NCBI GenBank assembly: GCA_048884965.1 | Contig: JBHLQH010000012.1 | Location: 1 to 64,000 of the forward strand | Origin: Candidatus Thorarchaeota archaeon | GTDB taxonomy: Archaea > Asgardarchaeota > Thorarchaeia > Thorarchaeales > Thorarchaeaceae | DNA length: 64,000 nucleotides | Reading direction: 5' to 3' | Translations under genes and position numbers: made by a program | The notes under the pieces: generated by a model | What the model was told of the DNA's origin: nothing | Database searches by the model: none | Seen by the model: only the letters and a program-made list of their open reading frames with translations | Shown: piece by piece, positions 49,601-60,289 of the stretch | Layout: every line of letters begins with the position of its first letter | Numbering within the stretch: the stretch's first letter is position 1

Positions 49601-52600
49601 ACCGGGAGAACTACTATATTGACTCTCACAGGGTCAAGCATTATACCTACCAAAGAGAATATGCTTACAATTCATGGATCATTCCAGGAACTGCAATGGC
49701 AGACTTCCCGATAACAACTAGAGTAACTGCTGCATATAATCTGGCCACATGGTGGTGGCATTGTCCAGTGTGGTACTTCGGAGCAAGATGCTACCACACC
49801 GACTGGTTTGTAGACTCTACTCAATTCAGTGTGACTACACAGTACTACGACATATTTCCTAGCACTCTGAACGATTTTCTTTCGTGGAAAGAAATCAAAA
49901 TCAATGATCAAGATGGAGATGGTTTGAATGCGACACAAGAGATAGCACTTGGAACATCACCTGTTGATTTTGATACAGATGCAGATGGACTCGATGATAA
50001 ATATGAGACTGATCATGGATATGATCCTACGTGGTATGATACTGATTCAGATATGGTCACAGACTGGTACGAGCACGCATATGGAACGAACGTAACTGAC
50101 AGTGATACAGATCAGGATGGACTAAGCGATTTCGAAGAGTTGTCCGGATGGGTCATCAATTTCAAGTACCTAGGGAATTCATCACTTCCTTTCCAAATGG
50201 TTGTTACTTCAGATCCAAAGACGAACGATTCGGATAGGGACGGTATTGATGACCTATCTGAGTACCAGGGCAATACCAATCCTAGATCAAACGATACGAA
50301 TGGAGACGGTAGTCCAGACTCAGCATATATCTGGATCAAATCAGAGGCTGTCTACGAAACAGCCATTGATATCACACTGCAAGGCGAGTACAATCGGCTG
50401 ACAGACATTTGCGTCGATGCGTATGGAGATGTATATGTAGGGCATTCCGGAGAGAGTTACCCTTCGAACGCCACGATCAAGAAATTCGACAGTTCGTTGA
50501 ATCCAGCTATACTTCCTGTGAATTCAATCTTCCCCAACATGATGATGTATCCTAGTGAGGTGCCATACATTATGGAGGTGGATAGAGGCAACGATTACCT
50601 CTATACATACATGTCCGGTATCGATAGATTCAATCTTTCAGGAACAGTCATTAATCCTGACTCGTGGAGTACACTTAACCCTATGCAGGTTCAGGATTTT
50701 GATTTTGATAGTGAAGGAAATATCTACGTGCTAAGGCATTCGACCGGTAACTACGCAAACGTCCAGAAATACAGCTCGAGTGGCAGTCTTTTGGCGACAT
50801 ACGGTAGTCTTGGTTCTGCACAAGATCAATTCGATTGGCCCATATCATTAGCAGTCGATGATTACTACGGATTCATCTATGTATGTGACAATCAATATAG
50901 TTACTCCAAACCCGACAGGGTGGTAAAGCTACGTCTATCGGATGGCACATTCCTAGGAGTTGTATCTGGGAATTACCAAGATATCATGGATGTTGACGTT
51001 GATGATGAGGGATACATCTATGTCCTTGGAACGAACTCAAGTGAGACAACTGTTCAGAAGTTCTATCCACACGGTGAAGAGGATGTGGACTTTAGATTCA
51101 GTGGTAATAGTACACACGATTTCTATGCCTCAGGCGGTGACTGGAGACATTTGGCAATCGGGCCAGACAAGAGCATCTATGTTGTGGACTGGGTCGTGTA
51201 TGGCACTCCATTTACTTCTCGCATTTGGAAGTTCTCACAGAACATAGAATTGACATCAGACCAGATACCTGATTCGAATTCGGATTGGGATAATGATGGT
51301 CTAACGAATGTACAGGAAATCATGGGATGGGAAATCTCTGTCAATTTCACATCTGGCGAGTTGACATTCAATGTGACAAGTAATCCCTTGATGAATGATA
51401 CTGATCTAGATGGACTAGGAGACTCCTTGGAGTATGTGCTTGGTTCCAATCCAAATTCGCCAGACACTGATTTGGATGGTATTAGAGATCATCAGGAATG
51501 GTGGGCATCAACTTATCCTGACGTTCCGTATGTACCGCCCATGTTCTCTCCAGTCATGCAACCACCTAGTCAGCATAGCAGCTCAATGAGTATGGCTCTT
51601 ACAGGCCCTTCACTAACCAATTGGGATACAGATGGTGACCTTTTGCGAGACGGCATAGAGTATACCTTCGGGAGTTCACCTATTAATCCAGACATGGATG
51701 GAGATGGTCTCTCAGATCTGACCGAATTCCTGTACAACTCCAATCCTAATAGTACAGATACTGATCTAGACGGCGCAAGTGATGCAGAGGAACTTGCTGG
51801 GAACTCTAGCTTGCTCTCACCAGACTCTGATAGTGACCTTATCTTTGATGGAACAGAATACGATATGGGTACCAATGCAACAGATATAGACTTCGATGGC
51901 GATGGCATTCCAGATGGCTACGAGTTACTCTACGTGATTGACCCCAAGAGCGCAGACTCAGATGGCGATGGCGTTTCTGATGACATTGAGCTTTCTCTAT
52001 ATCTAGATCCTCGGAGTAACGACACTGATAAAGACGGTGTACCAGATGGGACTGAACTAGCAATTGGAAGCAATCCATTAAATATGGATTCAGATTTCGA
52101 TGGTATTCCAGATGGCGAGGATCCTGACACATTTGCGGCATGGGAAGGGCCTATAATTCTGGTACTGAATTCAGACCCATCAAATGAGACGCTAGAGTTT
52201 GCAGATGCACTTGCATACTATGCAGAAGTCATCATCATTTCCGTGGATGAGCTTCTCAGTGATTATAGTGAATCGCAGTATGTTGTTCTCGTAGGACAGC
52301 CAGATCCGGATAGCTACTCCGTTGAGGGATTGATGTACGACCTATTGGAGGACACTGGCGCGATATTGGATGAAATGATGGAAGATGAATCCCGCTCCGT
52401 TACTACTCGACTTGGAATTTGGACGGAAACCCAGACAGTCGTGATGCTGGCATCTGCACTACAAGAGGATTCCTTTATGGTTCTGCAAATCCTGAGGGGA
52501 AGAAATGTGACTGTTCTTCCAGATTCAATCCGTTTGGAGTATCAGATGCAGTATCCAGAAACCTCTGGCTCAATTGAATATGCTATCATTCTCAACGAGG

Positions 52601-53232
52601 TTGATATCACGAGAAACACGGATGCAATCGTTACCATCTATCTAAGTGGAGCTTCACAGCCCATGATCACGATAACAAGATACAACATGACAACAACACC
52701 GTATGTACTAGAGGCCAGTTCAGGACTAGGCTCTGACGATATTTCCCTCAATATCTATCTCGATGTCTCGCTGGAAATCTATGGCATGTCAGCTGATGTC
52801 TTCTCAGGAGCACTGATTCAGATATACTATCGCGAGTCAGACCTTGACCTCACACAAAACGGCCAGCTAGGAGACCTAGGGGATATCAATGAAACAAGTC
52901 TCTCGGTATACTTCTATGATGAGATTTCAGAACAATGGACTAAGCTATCCGAGGAACTATCTTGGGTACTATCTATTGGACAGAATACGACCAATGTGGA
53001 GATCTATGGGAACGAGTATGGTGGATTTGTATGGATTCAAGTTAATGAGTTACATCTATTCGCTTTAGCAGGACAAGTACTTCGAATGGAGCTCTTCGAT
53101 CCATGGATGACCGTTATGGCATTCGCGATAGCAGGATTTGCTATAGTTGGTTCCATTGTAGTTTTCAGAAGATATAGAAGCAGGGAAAGATCAGTCAAGT
53201 ATGATAGCTTATTGAACGAGTTGATAGATTAG
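46609..53232 (+). CDS. Giant (2207 aa) membrane-anchored surface protein: TSP3-like DxDxDG repeats, internal hydrophobic hairpin region, NHL-like propeller, C-terminal TM
   Basis: Signal peptide (start probably GTG 46636); many 'DTDxDGLxDxxE...GTDP' repeats; 'QFDWPISLAVD' NHL motif; hydrophobic block at about aa 770-845; C-terminal TM followed by RRYR. Confidence 0.88.
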   Translation: MVIRVGCDVVRKRFGFLVALFIVTLFLGSEMYVISNNARGVSGERAMSSAQGMIPEIQRTLSSTPPPRTPVDLKELVTELLSVTPVSHQSDYDGDLLYDAVEAVIGTDPTENDTDHDQLTDYNEIMFFGTDPKLPDSNDDGLFDYDEVSVTLDLDNDAMPNAWDFDNDNDGVNDASDLSPMAKSQTRASIPISIHTDGQPTYITFQLVPADIEYLRFIYQTWDWKDDDHEGQMQDLDGSKDDISLVPYLRLEGNTFPAQADMDEFGVLGPEDVGGMWHTVNAISVPLSPVYEFENIVAFNGRILYAISTPADISFQAKLEWKVIGETDVTSSNMKIGDDYISYGQDMIATANVSDEYNAAYVEWITLSETASISTIAIKIIDGPYLAVAPDDKTLVFNSTNLGVRETFRYYKNQKWLEDFNGNFTSVKPDGTWGLIPYAGAGSLLSVIDRIDTVYARSTPLVKYTEPFKLTGLTVQEFYGTDVGIFYNVTDKNQTIAGHWLMDYKFVNNATTTLTDMPSLLQDNDVAVAHLTSTVRDKYQSLVELRENLVPVALGSAAIGEVIPITIAIEDNSKIVELSETLTATYILSGTCSVNLASADLVTSKSLKMNWYNSSTYTGLSQVEISTELLSWGLDGNATFNLQLALMRWHSGENKITKVNAVEQIMDEFNPTELDTISYIGLAGLESFAFAGKVITFFKNWNYLKELADPQFYDFMLDCLYKMAGGVMSKTSMTTYLFKNSKFIATLRFGDQLTDCVKSSKYAMSFKDFESALFIIGIIVEIGLGIAAGCMIADQIGGSAGREFGTAYGILAVIVGVWLAGVYALIGTIPFIGWLISLGCAIYDATTNFSQNMIVKWVQGLYGNICRLGQTIPNVFVENVPTISTYDVDDNGNDLGDFIVVNGTLWNEIDVAIKYIPTFWDMWDIENTFQFELVRLGLTSPDFFPENSEYLTWILPYVDIIAPEGSNSLTPQPYSTFQQYMWEMTQDYLLGRLDALDYRENYYIDSHRVKHYTYQREYAYNSWIIPGTAMADFPITTRVTAAYNLATWWWHCPVWYFGARCYHTDWFVDSTQFSVTTQYYDIFPSTLNDFLSWKEIKINDQDGDGLNATQEIALGTSPVDFDTDADGLDDKYETDHGYDPTWYDTDSDMVTDWYEHAYGTNVTDSDTDQDGLSDFEELSGWVINFKYLGNSSLPFQMVVTSDPKTNDSDRDGIDDLSEYQGNTNPRSNDTNGDGSPDSAYIWIKSEAVYETAIDITLQGEYNRLTDICVDAYGDVYVGHSGESYPSNATIKKFDSSLNPAILPVNSIFPNMMMYPSEVPYIMEVDRGNDYLYTYMSGIDRFNLSGTVINPDSWSTLNPMQVQDFDFDSEGNIYVLRHSTGNYANVQKYSSSGSLLATYGSLGSAQDQFDWPISLAVDDYYGFIYVCDNQYSYSKPDRVVKLRLSDGTFLGVVSGNYQDIMDVDVDDEGYIYVLGTNSSETTVQKFYPHGEEDVDFRFSGNSTHDFYASGGDWRHLAIGPDKSIYVVDWVVYGTPFTSRIWKFSQNIELTSDQIPDSNSDWDNDGLTNVQEIMGWEISVNFTSGELTFNVTSNPLMNDTDLDGLGDSLEYVLGSNPNSPDTDLDGIRDHQEWWASTYPDVPYVPPMFSPVMQPPSQHSSSMSMALTGPSLTNWDTDGDLLRDGIEYTFGSSPINPDMDGDGLSDLTEFLYNSNPNSTDTDLDGASDAEELAGNSSLLSPDSDSDLIFDGTEYDMGTNATDIDFDGDGIPDGYELLYVIDPKSADSDGDGVSDDIELSLYLDPRSNDTDKDGVPDGTELAIGSNPLNMDSDFDGIPDGEDPDTFAAWEGPIILVLNSDPSNETLEFADALAYYAEVIIISVDELLSDYSESQYVVLVGQPDPDSYSVEGLMYDLLEDTGAILDEMMEDESRSVTTRLGIWTETQTVVMLASALQEDSFMVLQILRGRNVTVLPDSIRLEYQMQYPETSGSIEYAIILNEVDITRNTDAIVTIYLSGASQPMITITRYNMTTTPYVLEASSGLGSDDISLNIYLDVSLEIYGMSADVFSGALIQIYYRESDLDLTQNGQLGDLGDINETSLSVYFYDEISEQWTKLSEELSWVLSIGQNTTNVEIYGNEYGGFVWIQVNELHLFALAGQVLRMELFDPWMTVMAFAIAGFAIVGSIVVFRRYRSRERSVKYDSLLNELID

Positions 53233-53236
53233 CGAC

Positions 53237-53257
53237 TGGGGAGAGCTACTCTCCCCA
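53237..53257 (+). terminator. Perfect 9-bp hairpin just after the stop of the 2207 aa gene
   Basis: TGGGGAGAG-CTA-CTCTCCCCA. Confidence 0.55.
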
Positions 53258-53348
53258 CCTGAGTTGATAAACTTGGAAATTCCAAGACATGAACAGGATA
53301 TTTTGTACTTATGCCCAATTTACAGGTATTTAATAAAATAGATGATTC

Positions 53349-56300
53349 ATGTCTATGACTGTGTTGGGAAATAAATATGCTAGATCAACCATAGTAGTAT
53401 TCTTGGCATTCGTACTAGTGGCAACTCAGGGGGTCATCACTGACATACCTCCTAAAGAGCCAATGATTCCTTATCTTCCCGGTAACATCAAAGACCTTTC
53501 AGAAGACCAAGATCATGATTCAATCATCATTAGTTCTAACGCAGACTTCGAATTACAAAGATGGCCTGGAGAGGGTACGGAAGCTAGTCCATATATCATA
53601 AGTGGACTAGAAATTTCTGACCATATCGCCGGTATCAGAATTGAAAGCACCTCTGCTCATTTTATAGTCGAAGACTGCCACTTTCAACCAGATGATTATG
53701 GGGCACTTGATGGACTATACATTTCAGATGCTACCAATGGAGTAATCAGAAATAACACACTGGATGGCTGTGGAATCCGAATCGTTTATTCAAATCTAAT
53801 AGAAGTATCAAGCAATCGCATCAGAAATTCAGGTCAATATGGAATCTCCATTCAACATTGCTTTGATACAAAGGTCAATCATAATTTCATTGAACAGTCA
53901 GACGTCGATGGAATTCGAATGACTTCTTCATCTCAATGTACATTCTCAGGAAACATGATTTCAGATTGCTCTATTGGAATTTCAGTTCTCAATGGACAAT
54001 CCTCAGAATTTTCATGCAACTCTATTAGAAATGCTGAAAGTTATGGAATTGAGATTACATCTGGTGACAACAATCAACTGTACGCAAATCTTTTGGATTC
54101 GGAAAAAGAGGCAATTGATAATGGTCTATCTAATCAATGGGATGATGGTCAATGCATAGGGAATTACTGGCGGAATCAACCCGAATCGGATCATGTATCA
54201 ATTCCTGGCATAAGTGGGAGTGAAGATCGTTATCCTCTGGAAATTGATTGGAGTGTTGATTGGTATTGGGTTTTTCCTATATACCATTTACCTGCATTCT
54301 ATCAATTTCCCCTTCCTTACGGAGAAACAGCGAATCAGAATCGATTTTCTTGGATTATCTGGAGTTATCCGGGCTCGCTGCTGATATATCGAAATGAAAC
54401 AGTACTAGTGAATAGGACGTTAGAAGGTTCAGGAATTTTCTCCTTAGATGCAGCAGTATTAGCTGATGGCAATTACAATTATCACATATCAATATCAAGT
54501 GAGGTTGAGTATGGTGGGGGAGGATTTGAATATGCAGTTAGTGTCATAAACGATGTGTTTGTCACCTATCCGGACCAACCTGAGAATCTCGCTGTTTCGG
54601 TGATTGGCCATCAGTTGAACCTGACATGGAATCCTCCCTCAGATGATGGAGGAAATCCAATTGTCGAATACATTGTATATAGAGGATATAAGCCAGAAGA
54701 AATGAGTCATAGAGCTATGATACAAGTAGGAGAAATATTCAGTGAGGACATATCGAACATTAGTTCGTTCGTATTCTATGCTGTAAGTGCAGTGAATTGG
54801 CTAGGTGAAGGAGAGAGGTCTAGATGCATTTCCAATTATGGAGAACATGACAGAATCATGATAAATGGAAATGCTGACTTTCTGAATCAAGGTTGGCCAG
54901 GAGATGGAACTGAATCAAATCCGTATAATATCTCATGTGTCTTCATTCAATCGAATACTACAGGCATCAGCATATGCGATGTTGACTCCTATTTTGTAAT
55001 TAGCCAATGCTGGATTACGTTTGATGAGGATTGGGGAGAATCCACTTATGGAATAGAATTAGAAGATGTCACGAATGGTCATATTGAATCAACTACTATT
55101 GCAAATATTAAAGAAGGTATCAGGATTTTCGGCTCCCAGAATTGCACAGTTGTGAATTGTACAACCTATGGTAGCCAAGTACAGATCTACATTGAGTTTT
55201 CAGAGTATTGCACGATAGCGGACTCTCATTTCGATATTCCATGGTCTGCGATAGGTGTATACCTGAATGAATCTAGATTCATCGATATTGTGGGAATCAA
55301 TTTCTCAACAACATCCTATAGTCCCTATGGTATTGTTGCATATTCGTCTGACAACTGTTCCATCACCAATTGCACTATTGATAATCTGAATAATGCACTC
55401 CAGGTGGAAAGATGTCATAATCTATTGATATCGCATAGTAAAATCACTAATTGCCGGAACGGAATTAGTATCATTGAATCAGTTGGAATTACAGCAGCTG
55501 ATTGTGAGATACTCTGGCCTGCTCCAGCTGCCACTGGCATTAGATTTCAAGAATCGTCAATATGCAACTTTCAGAATCTAATACTCGGCAATGTCAGCGT
55601 CGATATTGATGGATATAACTACACACATTGGGATCACAATTTTAGCAATGTCTCTATTGATGGGCTGCAGGTTGGATACTTCTTTGGTGAGGAAGACATC
55701 TCGATAGAATGCACCAACCTCTCTCAATGTTTCATATCATATTGTAATGGAGTTAATCTGACTGGGTGTGAAATAACCTATTGGGACTACGGAATTCGAA
55801 TCATGAATTCCAGTTCAGTGAGGATTCAGAATCTGATGAGAGAAAGATTAGAAATCCGGAATTCGAGTTCGATAGAAGTACAAAACATGTCTGTAGATTA
55901 CTTCACTCTACAATATTCCAATTCAATTAATTTGTCTAGTCTGACGATAAATGACTTATTCATGAGGTACTCAGATAACTGTGAGATATCAATGCTTGAA
56001 GTATCTGGGGAAACTTCTAATTTTGATCTATCCTTCTGCAATAACATAAGAATCGTTCAATTTGAGATTGAGAATGAACCCTCGTGGATAGGAGGAGCTG
56101 CCAATTTATATCGTTGTTTCAATGTGACACTTCAGGGGGGAATCTACAACTCCACATATTATAATTTCCATATCTATTCATCTACCAACTGTGAAATCAT
56201 TGATGTTCATCTGACATATCCGATTCGAATCAGCCAATCAAATGACTCTAGTGTAATCAATTGTCTATTATCCTATGATAAAGGTACCAATATGCATCTT

Positions 56301-57824
56301 GATCATTCAATCAATGCGACCATTGAAGATTGTGTGTTTAGAGGAGGCGGTCTGGAGATTGCTGGACAGGAACGGCACCATTGGTATCATCGAATTGTGC
56401 AGAACACACTCAATGACCGACCAGTTGTCTATATTACTAATGAGTCGAATCTTGAATTCATAAATCCACAATTTGGACAGCTAATACTGGTTAACTGTCA
56501 ACAAGTATTCCTGCAAAACAATCACTTTTTGAATACAAGTTATGGATTTCAGCTAGCATATTGCAGAGAAGTTGAAATTCAAGATATTAATATGGACAAG
56601 GAATATGCAAGTTCTAGTTTCTCATCGCCTCATCTTTATAGGTGTGACCAAATTCGAATCTCTAATATCCTATTCCACTGTCTTCAAACAACTTTTCGAT
56701 TTGATTGGTGTACACAAGTAGAAGTTGATAACTGTGGAATCACGCAATGTGACGGAATTCGTTTTGAAGGAAACCCAATCAACTGTGTCATCAGAAACTG
56801 CCTCTTCTCTCGTACAGACGGAGTATGGATTTCAGATGGAACGATGTGTGCAATAATTGGCAACCTCTTTGACCTTGGTGACATCGGAATCCGAGTGTAC
56901 AATAGTGATTCTATCCTAATTGCTAATAATAATCTCCATTCCCATGAAGGGATATACTTGTCTAATTTGCAAAACTCGTCAATCTCGAACAACACCATTA
57001 GCTCAAGTAGTTCCAGAGGGTTGGAGCTTTCTGATTGCTACAATAATCTCTATTCAGGAAATAGAATTATGGGATGCATTGCACCAGGAATCGGCATATC
57101 TCGAGAATCCAATTCGACTTTTATTCATAATGCGATTACGGATAATACTGGCTTCGGGATTGAGTGCGATTCAAGTTCTCTAAACTTGCTCTATGGTAAT
57201 CTCCTTGCAAGAAATGGAGAAGGTGGAGCAGTGGATAACGGAATCAATAACCAATGGGATGATGGACAGAATCTTGGGAATTGCTGGGGATTTTCAGCAT
57301 CTATTAGTCCAATGTCAATCCCAGGTTCAGCTCATTCTATCGATCACTATCCTGTAATAGTCGATGATGAGGAACTTACATCCCCTGTAATCGCTCATCG
57401 TCTTGTCTTCAATTCTACAATGGAGCCAGGAAAGAATGTTACAGAAATCATTTGGTGTTTCTGGGGAGCACCTGGAAGAGCTACGTTATTTGTGGATGGA
57501 ATTTCTGTTACTGAGAGAACCTGTTCAGGCTGCGGTTTACTCACCATCTCAGTTCTTGAATACGGATATGCAAACTACACGCTCATGCTCATTGATTCAG
57601 GTGGAAACATCGAAATGTACACGGTTGATTTGGGTGCGGAAGTAAGAGCACTTCAAAGATTAATGGTTTCAGCGCTTGGCTCAATAGCAGGGTGTAGCAT
57701 TATCGCACTTGTAATATTGTGGGACTGGAGAATACGCCGGACGAAAGTCATTGAGGAGAAGAAAAGAGAGGAAAAGGAAAGGGAGGAATTACAGCAAGCA
57801 CTTGATGATCTGAGAGTCTCGTGA
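53349..57824 (+). CDS. Surface protein with two NosD/beta-helix blocks, FN3 domain and C-terminal TM plus charged tail
   Basis: Duplicated 'H..I.I..NADF..Q.WPG.GTE..PY.IS' and 'DNG..NQWDDG...GN.W' motifs; FN3 'PDQPENL...LTWNPPSDDGG.PI..Y.VYRG...YAVSAVN..GEG'. Confidence 0.9.
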   Translation: MSMTVLGNKYARSTIVVFLAFVLVATQGVITDIPPKEPMIPYLPGNIKDLSEDQDHDSIIISSNADFELQRWPGEGTEASPYIISGLEISDHIAGIRIESTSAHFIVEDCHFQPDDYGALDGLYISDATNGVIRNNTLDGCGIRIVYSNLIEVSSNRIRNSGQYGISIQHCFDTKVNHNFIEQSDVDGIRMTSSSQCTFSGNMISDCSIGISVLNGQSSEFSCNSIRNAESYGIEITSGDNNQLYANLLDSEKEAIDNGLSNQWDDGQCIGNYWRNQPESDHVSIPGISGSEDRYPLEIDWSVDWYWVFPIYHLPAFYQFPLPYGETANQNRFSWIIWSYPGSLLIYRNETVLVNRTLEGSGIFSLDAAVLADGNYNYHISISSEVEYGGGGFEYAVSVINDVFVTYPDQPENLAVSVIGHQLNLTWNPPSDDGGNPIVEYIVYRGYKPEEMSHRAMIQVGEIFSEDISNISSFVFYAVSAVNWLGEGERSRCISNYGEHDRIMINGNADFLNQGWPGDGTESNPYNISCVFIQSNTTGISICDVDSYFVISQCWITFDEDWGESTYGIELEDVTNGHIESTTIANIKEGIRIFGSQNCTVVNCTTYGSQVQIYIEFSEYCTIADSHFDIPWSAIGVYLNESRFIDIVGINFSTTSYSPYGIVAYSSDNCSITNCTIDNLNNALQVERCHNLLISHSKITNCRNGISIIESVGITAADCEILWPAPAATGIRFQESSICNFQNLILGNVSVDIDGYNYTHWDHNFSNVSIDGLQVGYFFGEEDISIECTNLSQCFISYCNGVNLTGCEITYWDYGIRIMNSSSVRIQNLMRERLEIRNSSSIEVQNMSVDYFTLQYSNSINLSSLTINDLFMRYSDNCEISMLEVSGETSNFDLSFCNNIRIVQFEIENEPSWIGGAANLYRCFNVTLQGGIYNSTYYNFHIYSSTNCEIIDVHLTYPIRISQSNDSSVINCLLSYDKGTNMHLDHSINATIEDCVFRGGGLEIAGQERHHWYHRIVQNTLNDRPVVYITNESNLEFINPQFGQLILVNCQQVFLQNNHFLNTSYGFQLAYCREVEIQDINMDKEYASSSFSSPHLYRCDQIRISNILFHCLQTTFRFDWCTQVEVDNCGITQCDGIRFEGNPINCVIRNCLFSRTDGVWISDGTMCAIIGNLFDLGDIGIRVYNSDSILIANNNLHSHEGIYLSNLQNSSISNNTISSSSSRGLELSDCYNNLYSGNRIMGCIAPGIGISRESNSTFIHNAITDNTGFGIECDSSSLNLLYGNLLARNGEGGAVDNGINNQWDDGQNLGNCWGFSASISPMSIPGSAHSIDHYPVIVDDEELTSPVIAHRLVFNSTMEPGKNVTEIIWCFWGAPGRATLFVDGISVTERTCSGCGLLTISVLEYGYANYTLMLIDSGGNIEMYTVDLGAEVRALQRLMVSALGSIAGCSIIALVILWDWRIRRTKVIEEKKREEKEREELQQALDDLRVS

Positions 57825-57926
57825 TGCTTGCACGGAAATCGCGTTTCAAGATTTGTTTAGGTTTCTAGCTAATTATAATTCCTCCACTCTAAAACAGTAT
57901 GAGGAAATAGGGGAACTGTATGAATC

Positions 57927-58826
57927 TTACATTATCAATAGGAAGTAGAAGATGAACACATCTGGAAGAAAATGTATCAACCACGCCCAGAAGAAACCTT
58001 TCGTTTCCAACATACTCTTTCCCAGAAAGTAGCCAAGAAACGCTGAAAGCGCTACACCAATGATACCGTTCGGATATCCAAAATAGTGTCCCAAACCAAA
58101 ATACAATGAAGTGATTTGCAAACTTTCCGCTTTGCCAACACTTGGTTCTAGCTCACTCAGTGGAGCTGCACGTAGAGTGAATTCCTCATTGAACGCGTTC
58201 ATGGATGCAATCAACAGAGCAGCTGGTAGGAGGGGTAGTCCATTCACTAGCTGTTCTAGTGATAGCTCAAATCCTGCAACTAGAAAGATAATAGTAAAGA
58301 CAACGAAGATAATTATGAATGGTCTTGCCAATTTTGTCCAAGGTTCCGGACCCTTCATTCCTAGAAGACGAGAAGGCTCCGCTTCTGCATCAATCTGTCC
58401 TTTTCTAAGATAGAAGTCATTGGGTCTACGTCCAGTTACCAATAGGAAGATAAGAACCACAAAGGCAGGAACAAGTCTGAGTAGATGTACTGCGAACGAG
58501 TCGTAGGGGATAGGCAATGTGGATATCCATGCGATCCATTCTACGCTTTCGCGAATCATCGGGACGAGTCCGAATTCCCAACCTCCTCCAAAACCAAAGA
58601 AGAAGATGATTACAAGAATCGAATAGTATCGCCACATATGACGCGTTGGCTTGTGAGAAAGTGCTACACCAAGTAGTATAATCAGGATGGCACCATGAAT
58701 CAATGCATACCATATGGGCACGGAACCAGCAATCTCTCGAAAGGGAATGATTGCCAAGGCGCTTGCGAATAGCATCATTGTCCACGCGAGGGTAACAGGT
58801 ATATCATAGGAACTTTTGTGAACCAT
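57927..58826 (-). CDS. CPBP (CAAX protease/Abi) family intramembrane glutamic endopeptidase
   Basis: 'NAFNEEFTLR', 'FGLGHY', 'WAWLIHF..D'; multiple TMs; ATG at 58826 avoids the overlap with the upstream gene. Confidence 0.88.
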   Translation of the reverse strand: MVHKSSYDIPVTLAWTMMLFASALAIIPFREIAGSVPIWYALIHGAILIILLGVALSHKPTRHMWRYYSILVIIFFFGFGGGWEFGLVPMIRESVEWIAWISTLPIPYDSFAVHLLRLVPAFVVLIFLLVTGRRPNDFYLRKGQIDAEAEPSRLLGMKGPEPWTKLARPFIIIFVVFTIIFLVAGFELSLEQLVNGLPLLPAALLIASMNAFNEEFTLRAAPLSELEPSVGKAESLQITSLYFGLGHYFGYPNGIIGVALSAFLGYFLGKSMLETKGFFWAWLIHFLPDVFIFYFLLIM

Positions 58827-58854
58827 TGACTCATCTTCATTTCCGGACAAATGA

Positions 58855-59679
58855 TTACTCCTCCATAATCTGCGGCGGTTCAGTTTGACCTGATGATACC
58901 TGTCCTCGTTTCGATTCAGCAATCCTCAATACAATAACGAATATCCAGACAATTGCCGTTAGAACCCAGTTCCTGTTGGAATTGTAGAAGAATGTGAAAG
59001 TTGTCCCCAGAGCCTGATGGGCAAACATCGCAGTCAAGATATTTCGTCTGGACAGATTGAATAGAGAGTCAATCATGAAAGATTGAGCAATCATCGTGAC
59101 ATAGCCAAGAATTGAAGGCTCAATTCCAAAGGAGATGTTCATCATCTGATGCCACAGCCACCAATATGAGCCTATAATCAGACTACCAATCTCCCGACCA
59201 TACTTTCCCTGCAAATTGACTAGTGCGAATCCTCTCCAAGCAGGTTCCTCAAAGAGAGGACTTGTAATCAGACTTGCAGAGAAATGAATAGGAATCACGA
59301 ATAGCAAGATGACTCCAATCTCTTCAACAATTGATGGAACCAAGATAATGAACTCAGATTCTAATCCAGCTGCAAACGAAAGTGCGTTGGCAATGACTGA
59401 CATAATGGGGAATGAGACGGCTGCAAGGATGAGCCAAGGTATGCATCCTTTCCAATTACGTGCTGTAGCCATTATACTTTCAAATTTCACATCACCGTCA
59501 GTTAGCTTCTCAAGTATCTTGAGAGTTATGAGTGGGCTCAGACCTCCAAGAGTAGAGGGAATGATGATCAGCTCCATTGGCCAGAGACCTAAGAACATCT
59601 GGATCCAGAAGAACCAGCCAATTGGTAGAGTTATGGCAAAGAACAGGACAAGTCTATGTTTGTCAGCGAATTCATTCAC
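58855..59679 (-). CDS. CPBP (CAAX protease/Abi) family intramembrane endopeptidase
   Basis: 'FEEPAWRGF', 'WWLWH', 'AMFAHQ'; multiple TMs. Confidence 0.9.
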   Translation of the reverse strand: MNEFADKHRLVLFFAITLPIGWFFWIQMFLGLWPMELIIIPSTLGGLSPLITLKILEKLTDGDVKFESIMATARNWKGCIPWLILAAVSFPIMSVIANALSFAAGLESEFIILVPSIVEEIGVILLFVIPIHFSASLITSPLFEEPAWRGFALVNLQGKYGREIGSLIIGSYWWLWHQMMNISFGIEPSILGYVTMIAQSFMIDSLFNLSRRNILTAMFAHQALGTTFTFFYNSNRNWVLTAIVWIFVIVLRIAESKRGQVSSGQTEPPQIMEE

Positions 59680-59819
59680 GACCTAGCTTCACCTTTTTCG
59701 TTTTCTCAGAACGAATCGCCAATTGACATCAATAATCAAGGATAAATCAGTTACGAAAGATACTAAGGATACGAAACGCATTTACCATACATCCTGAATA
59801 TTTAGATGGTGATAACCAG

Positions 59820-60086
59820 TTGTCAGAGGAATACAAGAAGACAGTCTTCTTTGAAGAATGGCATGAGAATAGGAATCGATACTTTACCATGTTGGCAGTG
59901 ATTGTGATCGCATTCTATTTCGTTGCCACTATGATAGTCCTCTCGATGAATTTCGAAATGAACATTACACTTTTTGGAGTTCCTCTTCTTATCATAGGTA
60001 TATGTATTGTAATTTTACTGATTGTACTGCAAATTTGGACAGATAGACCTCCAGTGCTTACAGAACCTGAAAGTATAATTGAATAA
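59820..60086 (+). CDS. Small two-TM membrane protein
   Basis: 88 aa with two hydrophobic helices; GGTGA SD upstream of the TTG. Confidence 0.65.
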   Translation: MSEEYKKTVFFEEWHENRNRYFTMLAVIVIAFYFVATMIVLSMNFEMNITLFGVPLLIIGICIVILLIVLQIWTDRPPVLTEPESIIE

Positions 60087-60289
60087 AACAGATGTATCTG
60101 AAACTAATTTGAGATGATTTTGGCCAGATTTGTAACGCAAATCTCACTTTTGTATATTCATTATATTTGTGATAATGATTGAAAAAGCTAAAAAGTGAAA
60201 AGATACATACTATTTTCGAGCTTTATTACGAAAAAAATGTATATTTTCGAACATAAGCTCGTTTCACAATGTAAGGGAGATATGCAAAC

